64,000 bases of DNA from Isurus oxyrinchus (taxonomy: Eukaryota). The stretch is taken from positions 372,001-436,000 of the forward strand of contig JANJGN010000163.1 of the NCBI GenBank assembly GCA_026770705.1, in the 5' to 3' direction. The position numbers were made by a program, and so were the translations under genes. The notes under the pieces were generated by a model, which saw only the letters and a program-made list of their open reading frames with translations, made no database searches and had not been told where the DNA came from. Shown here in pieces: positions 1-10,900 of this stretch (its first letter is position 1; every line of letters begins with the position of its first letter).

Positions 1-3000
1 GTCACTACTGAACTCTCCATGTGTCACTACTCGACACTCCATGTGTCACTACTGGCACTCCATGTGTCACTACTGGACACTCCATGTGTCACTACTGAAC
101 TCTCCATGTGTCACTGCTGGACACTCCATGTGTCACTGCTCGACACTCCATGTGTCACTATTTGACACTCCATGTGTCACTACTTGACACTCCATGTGTC
201 ACTACTGGACTGTCCATGTGTCACTACTAGACACTCCATGTGTCACTACTGGACACGCCATGTGTCACTACTGGACATTCCATGTGTCACTACTGTACAC
301 TCTATGTATCACTACTGAACTCTCCGTGTGTCACTACTGAACTCTCCATGTGTCACTACTGGAAACTCCATGTGTCACTACTAAACTCGCCATGTGTCAC
401 TACTGGACACTCCATGTGTTACTACTGGACACTCCATGTGTCACTCCTGAACTCCCCATGTGTCACTACTCGACACTCCATGTGTCACTACTGGACACTC
501 CATGTGTCACTACTGAACTCTCCACGTGTCACTACTGGACACTCCATGTGTCACTACTGAACTCCCCATGTGTCACTACTCGACACTCCATGTGTCACTA
601 CTGAACTCTCCGTGTGTCACTACTGAACTCTACATGTGTCACTACTGAACTCTCCATGTGTCACTACTGAACTCTCCATGAGTCACAACTGGACACTCCA
701 TGTGTCACTACTGAACTCTCCATGTGTCACTACTGAACTCTCCATGAGTCACTACTGGACACTCCATGTGTCACTACTGAACTCTCCATGTGTCACTACT
801 CGACACTCCATGTGTCACTACTGGACACTCCATGTGTCACTACTGGACACTCCATGTGTCACTACTGAACTCTCCATGTGTCACTACTGGACACTCCATG
901 TGTCACTGCTCGACACTCCATGTGTCACTATTTGACACTCCATCTGTCACTACTTGACACTCCATGTGTCACTACTGGACTGTCCATGTGTCACTACTGG
1001 ACACTCCATCTGTCACTGCTGAACTCTCCATGTGTCACTACTAAACTCTCCATGTGTCACTACTGGACACTCCATGCATCACTACTGGACACTCCATGTG
1101 TCACTGCTCGACACTCCATGTGTCACTACTGAACTCTCCATGTGTCACTACTGGACACTGCATGTGTCACTACTGGACTGTCCATGTGTCACTACTGGAC
1201 ACTCCATCTGTCACTGCTGAACTCTCCATGTGTCACTACTGAACTCTCCATGTGTCACTACCAAACTCTCCATGTGTCACTACTGGACACTCCATGTGTC
1301 ACTACGGGGCACTCCATGTGTCACTACTGAACTCTCCATGTGTCACTACTGGACACTCCATGTGTCACTACTGAACTCTCCATGTGTCACTACTCGACAC
1401 TCCATGTATCACTACTGAACGTTCCATGTGTCACTACCGGACATTCCATGTGTCACTACTGAACTCTCCATGTGTCACTACTGGACACTCCATGTGTCAC
1501 TACCGGACACTCCATGTGTCACTACCGGACATTCCATGTGTCACTACTGAACTGTCCATGTGTCACTACTGGACACTACACGTGTCACTAGTAGACACTC
1601 CACGTGTCACTACTGAACTCTCCATGTGTCACTACTGGACACTCCATGTGTCACTACTGAACTCTCCATATGTCACTACAGGACACTCCATGTGTCACTA
1701 CCGGACACTCCATGTGTCACTACCGGACAGTCCATGTGTCACTACTCGACACTCCATGTGTCACTACTGAACTCTCCATGTGTCACTACTGGACACTCCA
1801 TGTGTCACTACTCGACACTCCATGCGTCACTACGGAACTCTCCATGTGTCACTACTCGACACTCCATGTGTCACTACTGAACTCTCCATGTGTCACTACT
1901 GGACACTCCATGTGTCACTACTGAACTCTCCATGTGTCACTACCGGTCACTCCATGTGTCACTACCGGACACTCCATGTGTCACTACTCGACACTCCATG
2001 TGTCACTACTGCACTCTCCATGTGCCACAACTGGACACTCCATGTGTCACTACTGGACACTCCATATGTCACTACTGGACACTCCATGTGCCACTACTGA
2101 ATTCTCCATGTGTCACTACTCGACACTCCATGTGTCACTACTGAACTCTCCATGTGTCACTACTGGACACTCCATGTGTCACTACTGAACTCTCCATGTG
2201 TCACTACTGAACTCTCCATGTGTCACTACTGGACACTCCATGTGTCACTACTGAACTCTCCATGTGTCACTACTGGACACTCCATGTGTCACTACTGAAC
2301 TCTCCATGTGTCACTACTGGACACTCCATGTGTCACTACTGAATTCTGCATATGTCACTACAGGAAACTCCATGTGTCACTACCGGACACTCCATGTGTC
2401 ACTACTGGACACTCCATGTGTCACTACTGAACTCTCCATGTGTCACTACCGGACACTCCATGTGTCACTACTGAACTCTCGATGTGTCACTACTGAACTC
2501 TGCATGTGTCACTACTGAACTCTCATGTGTCACTACTAGACACACCATGTGTCACTACTGAACTCTCCATGTGCCACTACCGGACACTCCATGTGTCACT
2601 ACTCGACACTCCATGTGCCACTACTGAACTCTCCATGTGTCACTATTCGACACTCCATGTGTCACTACTGAACTCTCCATGTGTCACTACTGGACACTCC
2701 ATGTGTCACTACTGAATTCTCCATGTGTCACTACTGAACTCTCCATGTGTCACTACTGGACACTCCATGTGTCACTACTGAACTCTCCATGTGTCACTAC
2801 TGGACACTCCATGTGTCACTACTGAACTCTGCATATGTCACTACAGGACACTCCATGTGTCACTACCGGACACTCCATGTGTCACTACTGGACAATCCAT
2901 GTGTCACTACTGAACTCTCTATGTGTCACTACCGGTCACTCCATGTGTCACTACCGGACACTCCATGTGTCACTACTCGACACTCCATGTGTCACTACTG

Positions 3001-3502
3001 CACTCTCCATGTGCCACTACTGGACACTCCATGTGTCACTACTGAATTCTCCATGTGTCACTACTCGTCACTCCATGTGTCACTACTGAACTCTCCATGT
3101 GTCACTACTGGACACTCCATGTGTCACTACTGAACTCTCCATGAGTCACTACTGAACTCTCCATGTGTCACTACTGGACATTCCATGTGTCACTACTGAA
3201 CTCTCCATGTGTCACTACTGGACACTCCATGTGTCACTACTGAACTCTCCATGTGTCACTACTGGACACTCCATGTGTCACTACTGAATTCTGCATATGT
3301 CACTACTGAACTCTCCATGTGCCACTACCGGACACTCCATGTGTCACTACTCGACTCTCCATGTGCCACTACTGAACTCTCCATGTGTCACTACTCGACA
3401 CTCCATGTGCCACTACTGAACTCTCCATGTGTCACTACTGGACACTCCATGTGTCACTATGGACACTCCATGTGTCACTACTGGACACTCCATGTGTCAC
3501 TA
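1..3502. repeat. 22-bp tandem repeat (minisatellite) array, about 159 copies; consensus CCATGTGTCACTACTGGACACT with major variants ...CTGAACTCT and ...CTCGACACT
   Basis: 22-bp periodicity is read directly from base 1 to about 3502 (ends ...catgtgtcacta|ttaccggg). 1-bp deletions were noticed near 2524 and 3460. The array is truncated by the window's left edge. Confidence 0.98.
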
Positions 3503-3542
3503 TTACCGGGAACAACACCCTTCCCGAGTGACTATCTCTTTT

Positions 3543-3569
3543 GGGGGGGGGGGGGGGGGGGTGGGGGGG
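3543..3569 (+). repeat. G homopolymer tract (G19-T-G7), potential G-quadruplex
   Basis: The tract is directly visible. Homopolymer length may be affected by sequencing error. Confidence 0.85.
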
Positions 3570-3738
3570 ACATGAGACGGGTCCGTCCCCTCAGCTGTTG
3601 GAAAGTGACCCCATAGTCCCTGTTGTTGTTGATGGGGAGGGGGAACAGCAGGGAGCTCCCCTGCGCCCTTTGCAAACTTCTGAAACCGACCAGCACCCTT
3701 TCAGCAAAGAAATAAATCCCCAAATCTATTGCCCCCTA

Positions 3739-3795
3739 ATGGTATTTGCTGTCTGGAATCTTGCTGCCTGCAATTTGGCGCTGGCCTTATCCGCA
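3739..3795 (+). other. Candidate leader (signal peptide) exon for the V segment, MVFAVWNLAACNLALALSA, lacking a usable phase-1 donor
   Basis: A hydrophobic ATG-initiated peptide lies about 150-200 bp upstream of the V acceptor, a typical L-V distance. The only GT at its end (GCA|GTGCCT) is weak and phase 0, and the frame stops at TGA 3808-3810. Confidence 0.3.
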
Positions 3796-3917
3796 GTGCC
3801 TGCTCTTTGAGAATAGAAACAGCCTTTGGGTGGGAAGCGCTTTGGAAAAGGCCTGAGGCTTTAATTTGTCTCTTTCCAGGCACCCCTCCTTCATAGCAGC
3901 AGGACTGGAAATGTGAA

Positions 3918-3941
3918 CCTGCTCCATGTTCCACTCCACAG
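3918..3941 (+). promoter_or_regulatory. Splice acceptor of the V exon (pyrimidine-rich tract + CAG, AG at 3940-3941)
   Basis: The sequence reads cctgctccatgttccactccacAG|GAATTCTG. Splicing here splits the Gly codon G|GA (phase 1), as in Ig/TCR leader introns. Confidence 0.8.
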
Positions 3942-4236
3942 GAATTCTGGCCTCTTATGTGGAGCAGTTCCCTTCTACCGAGTCTCTGTCAGCAGGAGAA
4001 TCCACAACCCTCGAGTGCACTCTGAGCAGTACTGCATCTCGCTCCATGTCCTGGTACACACAACAGGCAGATCGGGCAACGGAAGGTCTGTTCTATTCTG
4101 CTGGGAAAGATATGGTGACAAATGACACCGCCGACTCTCTGAGCACCAACAGGCCCAGCGATACCCTGTTTACCCTGGAATTGAGAGGCGCCTCTCTCTC
4201 TCACGCCGCTCTCTACGTCTGTGCTTGTAGTTATTG
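3942..4236 (+). CDS. TRBV: T-cell receptor beta variable gene segment (V exon), TRBV30-like, germline/unrearranged
   Basis: Open frame (G)ILASYVEQFPSTESLSAGESTTLECTLSSTASRSMSWYTQQADRATEGLFYSAGKDMVTNDTADSLSTNRPSDTLFTLELRGASLSHAALYVCACSY. V-set hallmarks are present: first Cys (4016-4018), Trp (4052-4054) and YxC second Cys (4220-4222). Motifs QxP, LECT, WYxQxAxR, LFYSxG, LSxxRPxDxxFxL and YxCAxS match my recollection of TRBV30-clade sequences. The exon ends 14 nt after the second Cys codon and is immediately followed by a 23-RSS. V-segment identity is strong; the subfamily call is from memory, not a search. Confidence 0.88.
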
Positions 4237-4275
4237 CACAGCCAGTGAGAAAGCGGATCTGCAGGCACAAAAACC
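4237..4275 (+). promoter_or_regulatory. Recombination signal sequence, 23-bp spacer (RAG1/2 target)
   Basis: Heptamer CACAGCC at 4237-4243 (5/7 to CACAGTG with the critical CAC intact; a heptamer commonly seen at TRBV genes). Spacer of exactly 23 bp at 4244-4266. Perfect consensus nonamer ACAAAAACC at 4267-4275. Confidence 0.95.
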
Positions 4276-4321
4276 CGCATCGCATCGGTGGCCGGTTAGG
4301 GCTCATTTCCACCTCCCCTCC

Positions 4322-4465
4322 NNNNNNNNNNNNNNNNNNNNNNNNNNNNNNNNNNNNNNNNNNNNNNNNNNNNNNNNNNNNNNNNNNNNNNNNNNNNNNN
4401 NNNNNNNNNNNNNNNNNNNNNNNNNNNNNNNNNNNNNNNNNNNNNNNNNNNNNNNNNNNNNNNNN
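4322..4465. other. Assembly gap, 144 N
   Basis: Run of N flanked on both sides by C-rich low-complexity sequence. Confidence 0.99.
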
Positions 4466-4567
4466 CCCCTCTCCTCGCACCCCCCTCCCCCTCCCGTACC
4501 CCTCCCCTCCCGCCTCACCACACCCCCTCTCCCCCTCCCCCCTACCCCTCCTCCCCCTTTCCTCCCC
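4466..4567 (-). repeat. C-rich polypyrimidine low-complexity tract (G-rich, G4-prone on the minus strand)
   Basis: Many C3-C6 runs separated by single T/A/G bases. Confidence 0.85.
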
Positions 4568-4714
4568 GGTGCCAGCAGCGGATCATCGTTCAGGGCAAGT
4601 TTCCTTCCCAACAGGAGCTTGGAAACCACAGAATGAGACAGGGAGTGAATAAGCCCATCGTGTCCAGGCTGCTCCACACGGTGCCTGGAGAGAACTGCTC
4701 AGTAAATCACACAA

Positions 4715-4827
4715 CCCCACCCCCTCCCCCTCCGCCAATCACCCTCCCCCCACTCCTCCCCCTCCCCTCCCCCTACCCCCACCTCACCTCCCCCACCTCC
4801 TCCCCTCCCCCTCCCCTAAACCCTCCC
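4715..4827 (-). repeat. Second C-rich low-complexity tract (CCCCT-like), G4-prone on the minus strand
   Basis: Repeated CCCCT/CCCCA units. A shorter similar tract lies at about 4960-4986. Confidence 0.85.
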
Positions 4828-4996
4828 TGAACCTTCCAACGGTTTCCTCCATAGATCCACTCTTTTATCTTTCTGCAGCTATTCACCAATCTTGTTCCCA
4901 ACAGCGGTGCGTTCAAGGTCACGGAAATCATGACAGGTCCTGGCTCAGAATAGACATTTCCCCTTCTCCCTACCACCCCACCCTCCACTGCTGCGG

Positions 4997-7900
4997 AGAT
5001 ATCAGACTTGGGATGTCAACCTGGAATTGACAATCTCATTAGATATCAAACTTGGGATGTCAACCTGGAAATGAAAATCTAATTAGATATCAGACTTGGG
5101 ATGTCAACCTGGAATTGACAATCTAATTAGATATCAGACTTGGGATGTCAACCTGGAATTGACAATCTAATTAGATATCAGACTTGGGATGTCAACTTGG
5201 AATTGACAATCTAATTAGATATCAGACTTGGGATGTCAACCTGGAATTGACAATCTCATTAGATATCAGACTTGGGATGTCAACCTGGAATTGACAATCT
5301 AATTAGATATCAGACTTGGGATGTCAACCTGGAATTGACAATCTAATTAGCTTTTACACTTGGGATATCAACCTGGAATTGACAATCTAATTAGATATCA
5401 AACTTGGGATGTCAACCTGGAATTGACAATCTAATTAGATATCAGACTTGGGATGTCAACCTGGAATTGACAATCTAATTAGATATCAGACTTGGGATGT
5501 CAACCTGGAATTGACAATCTAATTAGATATCAGACTTTGGATGTCAACCTGGAATTGACAATCTAATTAGATATCAGACTTGGGATGTCAACCTGGAATA
5601 GACAATCTAATTAGAAATCAGACTTGGGATGTCAACTTAGAATTGACAATCTAATTAGATATCAGACTTGGGATGTCAACCTGGAATTGACAATCTAATT
5701 AGTTATCAGACTTGGGATGTCAACTTGGAATTGACAATCTAATTAGATATCAGACTTGGGATGTCAACCTGGAATTGACAATCTAATTAGATATCAGACT
5801 TGGGATGTCAACTTGGAATTGACAATCTAATTAGATATCAGACTTGGGATGTCAACCTGGATTTGACAATCAAATTAGATATCAGACTTGGGATGTCAAT
5901 CTGGAATTGACAATCTAATTAGATATCAGACTTGGGATGTCAACCTGGAATTGACAATCTAATTAGATATCAGACTTGGGATGTCGACTTGGAATTGACA
6001 ATCTAATTAGATATCAGACTTGGGATGTCAATCTGGAATTGACAATCTAATTAGATATCAGACTTGGGATGTCAACCTGGTATTGACAATCTAATTAGAT
6101 ATCAGACTTGGGATGTCAACTTGGAATTGACAATCTAATTAGATATCAAACTTGGGATGTCAACCTGGAATTGACAATCTAATTAGATATCAAACTTGGG
6201 ATGTCAACTTGGAATTGACAATCTAATTAGATATCAGACTTGGGATGTCAACCTGGAATTGACAATCTAATTAGATATCAAACTTGGGATGTCAACCTGG
6301 AATTGACAATCTAATTAGATGTCAGACTTGGGATGTCAACCTGGAATTGACAATCTCATTAGATATCAGACTTGGGATGTCAACCTGGAATTGACAATCT
6401 AATTAGATATCAAACTTGGGATGTCAACCTGGAATTGACAATCTCATTAGATATCAGACTTGGGATGTCAACCTGGAATTGACAATCTAATTAGATATCA
6501 AACTTGGGATGTCAACCTGGAATTGACAATCTAATTAGATATCAGACTTGGGATGTCAACCTGGAATTGACAATCTAATTAGATATCACACATGGGATGT
6601 CAACCAGGATTTGACAATCTAATTAGATATCAGACTTGGGATGTCAACCTGGAATTGACAATCTAATTAGATATCAGACTTGGGATGTCAACCTGGAATT
6701 GACAATCTCATTAGATATCAGACTTGGGATGTCAACCTGGAATTGACAATCTAATTAGATATCAGACTTCGGATGTCAACTTGGAATTGACAATCTAATT
6801 AGATATCAAACTTGGGATGTCAACCTGGAATTGACAATCTAATTAGATATCAGACTTGGGATGTCAATCTGGAATTGACAATCTAATTAGATATCAGACT
6901 TGGGGTGTCAACTTGGAATTGACAATCTAATTAGGTATCACACTTGGGATGTCAACCTGGATTTGACAATCTAATTAGATATCAGACTTGGGATGTCAAC
7001 CTGGAATTGACAATCTAATTAGATATCAGACTTGGGATGTCAACCTGGAATTGACAATCTAATTAGATATCAAACTTGGGATGTCAACCTGGAATTGACA
7101 ATCTAATTAGATATCAGACTTGGGATGTCAACCTGGAATTGACAATCTAATTAGATATCAGACTTGGGATGTCAATCTGGAATTGACAATCTAATTAGAT
7201 ATCCGACTTGGGGTGTCAACTTGGAATTGACAATCTAATTAGATATCAAACTTGGGATGTCAACCTGGAATTGACAATCTAATTAGATATCAAACTTGGG
7301 ATGTCAACTTGGAATTGACAATCTAATTAGATATCAAACTTGGGATGTCAACCTGGAATTGACAATCTAATTAGATATCAAACTTGGGATGTCAACCTGG
7401 AATTGACAATCTAATTAGATATCAGACTTGGGATGTCAACCTGGAATTGACAATCTAATTAGATATCAAAATTGGGATGTCAACCTAGAATTGACAATCT
7501 AATTAGATATCAGACTTGGGATGTCAACCTGGAATTGACAATCTAATTAGATATCACACTTGGGATATCAACCTGGAATTGACAATCTAATTAGATATAA
7601 GACTTGGGATGTCAACCTGGAATTGACAAACTAATTAGATATCAGACTTGGGAAGTCAACCTGGAATTGACAATCTCATTACATATCAGACTTGGGATGT
7701 CAACCTGGAATTGACAATCTAATTAGATATCAGACTTGGGATGTCAACCTGGAATTGACAATCTAATTAGATATCAGACTTGGGATGTCAACTTGGAATT
7801 GACAATCTAATTAGATATCAGACTTGGGATGTCAACCTGGAATTGACATTCTAATTAGAAATCAGACTTGGGATGTCAACTTGGAATTGACAATCTAATT

Positions 7901-10900
7901 AGATATCAGACTTGGGATGTCAACCTTGAATTGACAATCTAATTAGATATCAGAGTTGGGATGTCAACTTGGAATTGACAATCTAATTAGATATCAGACT
8001 TGGGATGTCAACCTGGAATTGACAATCTAATTAGATATCAGACTTGGGATGTCAACTTGGAATTGACAATCTAATTAGATATCACACTAGGGATGTCAAC
8101 CTGGATTTGACAATCTAATTAGATATCAGACTTGGGATGTCACCTTGGAATTGACAATCTAATTAGATATCAGACTTGGGATGTCAACCTGGAATTGACA
8201 ATCTAATTAGATATCAGACTTGGGATGTCGACTTGGAATTGACAATCTAATTAGATATCAGACTTGGGATGTCAACCTGGAATTGACAATCTAATTAGAT
8301 ATCAGACTTGGGATGTCAACCTGGAATTGACAATCTAATTAGATATCAAACTTGGGATGTCAACCTGGAATTGACAATCTAATTAGATATCAAACTTGGG
8401 ATGTCAACTTGGAATTGACAATCTAATTAGATATCAGACTTGGGATGTCAACTTGGAATTGACAATCTAATTAGATATCAAACTTGGGATGTCAACCTGG
8501 AATTGACAATCTAATTAGATATCAGACTTGGGATGTCAATCTGGAATTGACAATCTAATTAGATATCAGACTTGGGGTGTCAACTTGGAATTGACAATCT
8601 AATTAGATATCACACTTGGGATGTCAACCTGGATTTGACAATCTAATTAGATATCAGACTTGGGATGTCAACCTGGAATTGACAATCTAATTAGATATCA
8701 AACTTGGGATGTCAACCTGGAATTGACAATCTAATTAGATATCAGACTTGGGATGTCAACCTGGAATTGACAATCTAATTAGATATCACACTTGGGATGT
8801 CAATCTGGAATTGACAATCTAATTAGATATCCGACTTGGGGTGTCAACTTGGAATTGACAATCTAATTAGATATCAAACTTGGGATGTCAACCTGGAATT
8901 GACAATCTAATTAGATATCAAACTTGGGATGTCAACTTGGAATTGACAATCTAATTAGATATCAAACTTGGGATGTCAACCTGGAATTGACAATCTAATT
9001 AGATATCAAACTTGGGATGTCAACCTGGAATTGACAATCTAATTAGATATCAGACTTGGGATGTCAACCTGGAATTGACAATCTAATTAGATATCAAAAT
9101 TGGGATGTCAACCTAGAATTGACAATCTAATTAGATATCAGACTTGGGATGTCAACCTGGAATTGACAATCTAATTAGATATCACACTTGGGATATCAAC
9201 CTAAAATTGACAATCTAATTAGATATAAGACTTGGGATGTCAACCTGGAATTGACAATCTAATTAGATATCAGACTTGGGAAGTCAACCTGGAATTGACA
9301 ATCTCATTACATATCAGACTTGGGATGTCAACCTGGAATTGACAATCTAATTAGCTATCAGACTTGGGATGTCAACCTGGAATTGACAATCTAATTAGAT
9401 ATCAGACTTGGGATGTCAACTTGGAATTGACAATCTAATTAGATATCAGACTTGGGATGTCAAACTGGAATTGACAATCTAATTAGAAATCAGACTTGGG
9501 ATGTCAACTTGGAATTGACAATCTAATTAGATATCAGACTTGGGATGTCAACCTTGAATTGACAATCTAATTAGATATCAGAGTTGGGATGTCAACTTGG
9601 AATTGACAATCTAATTAGATATCAGACTTGGGATGTCAACCTGGAATTGACAATCTAATTAGATATCAGACTTGGGATGTCAACTTGGAATTGACAATCT
9701 AATTAGATAGCACACTTGGGATGTCAACCTGGATTTGACAATCTAATTAGATATCAGACTTGGGATGTCAACTTGGAATTGACAATCTAATTAGATATCA
9801 GACTTGGGATGTCAACCTGGAATTGACAATCTAATTAGATATCAGACTTGGGATGTCGACTTGGAATTGACAATCTAATTAGATATCAGACTTGGGAAGT
9901 CAACCTGGAATTGACAATCTAATTAGATATCAGACTTGGGATGTCAACCTGGAATTGACAATCTAATTAGATATCAAACTTGGGATGTCAACCTGGAATT
10001 GACAATCTAATTAGATATCAAACTTGGGATGTCAACTTGGAATTGACAATCTAATTAGATATCAGACTTGGGATGTCAACTTGGAATTGACAATCTAATT
10101 AGATATCAAACTTGGGATGTCAACCTGGAATTGACAATCTAATTAGATATCAGACTTGGGATGTCAATCTGGAATTGACAATCTAATTAGATATCAGACT
10201 TGGGGTGTCAACTTGGAATTGACAATCTAATTAGATATCACACTTGGGATGTCAACCTGGATTTGACAATCTAATTAGATATCAGACTTGGGATGTCAAC
10301 CTGGAATTGATAATCTAATTAGATATCAAACTTGGGATGTCAACCTGGAATTGACAATCTAATTAGATATCAGACTTGGGATGTCAACCTGGAATTGACA
10401 ATCTAATTAGATATCACACTTGGGATGTCAACCTGGATTTGACAATCTAATTAGATATCAGACTTGGGATGTCAACCTGGAATTGACAATCTAATTAGAT
10501 ATCAGACTTGGGATGTCAACCTGGAATTGACAATCTCATTAGATATCTGACTTGGGATGTCAACCTGGAATTGACAATTTAATTAGATATCAGACTTGGG
10601 ATGTCAACTTGGAATTGACAATCTAATTAGATATCAAACTTGGGATGTCAACCTGGAATTGACAATCTAATTAGATATCAGACTTGGGATGTCAATCTGG
10701 AATTGACAATCTAATTAGATATCAGACTTGGGGTGTCAACTTGGAATTGACAATCTAATTAGATATCAAACTTGGGATGTCAACCTGGAATTGACAATCT
10801 AATTAGATATCAAACTTGGGATGTCAACTTGGAATTGACAATCTAATTAGATATCAAACTTGGGATGTCAACCTTGAATTGACAATCTAATTAGATATCA

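Noticed and set aside
240-3616. Many overlapping Cys/His-rich ORFs (MSLLDTPCVTTGHSMCHYWTLHV...) resembling zinc-finger or metal-binding repeats
   Set aside because: They are the 66-bp (3 x 22) translation of the minisatellite. The same peptide appears in all three frames and is broken by TGA wherever a GAACTC monomer falls in frame.
3527-3676. AGTGACTATC (TCR-beta decamer/CRE-like) and CTTTGCAA (Ig octamer-like) promoter motifs
   Set aside because: Both are imperfect matches of a kind expected by chance, and the leader/TSS position is unknown.
4569-4579. GTGCCAGCAGC resembling the CASS-encoding end of a TRBV
   Set aside because: It is preceded by poly-C rather than a V framework, the Cys codon is absent (GGT), and no heptamer follows.
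3926-4636. 236-aa ORF as a single-exon protein
   Set aside because: Its ATG lies in the intron's pyrimidine tract. The part after 4236 is read-through of the RSS, the N gap and poly-C. Only 3942-4236 is meaningful.
4635-4646. GAGACAGGGAGT resembling the TRBD core GGGACAGGGGGC
   Set aside because: It is not flanked by 12- and 23-RSS heptamers or nonamers.
4677-4715. CACGGTG heptamer as a second RSS
   Set aside because: There is no acceptable nonamer at 12 bp (TGCTCAGTA) or 23 bp (TCACACAAC), and no V or D coding segment precedes it.
4221-4988. Pro-rich and Gly-rich ORFs on both strands around the gap
   Set aside because: They are products of N runs and C-rich low-complexity sequence, with no recognisable domain.
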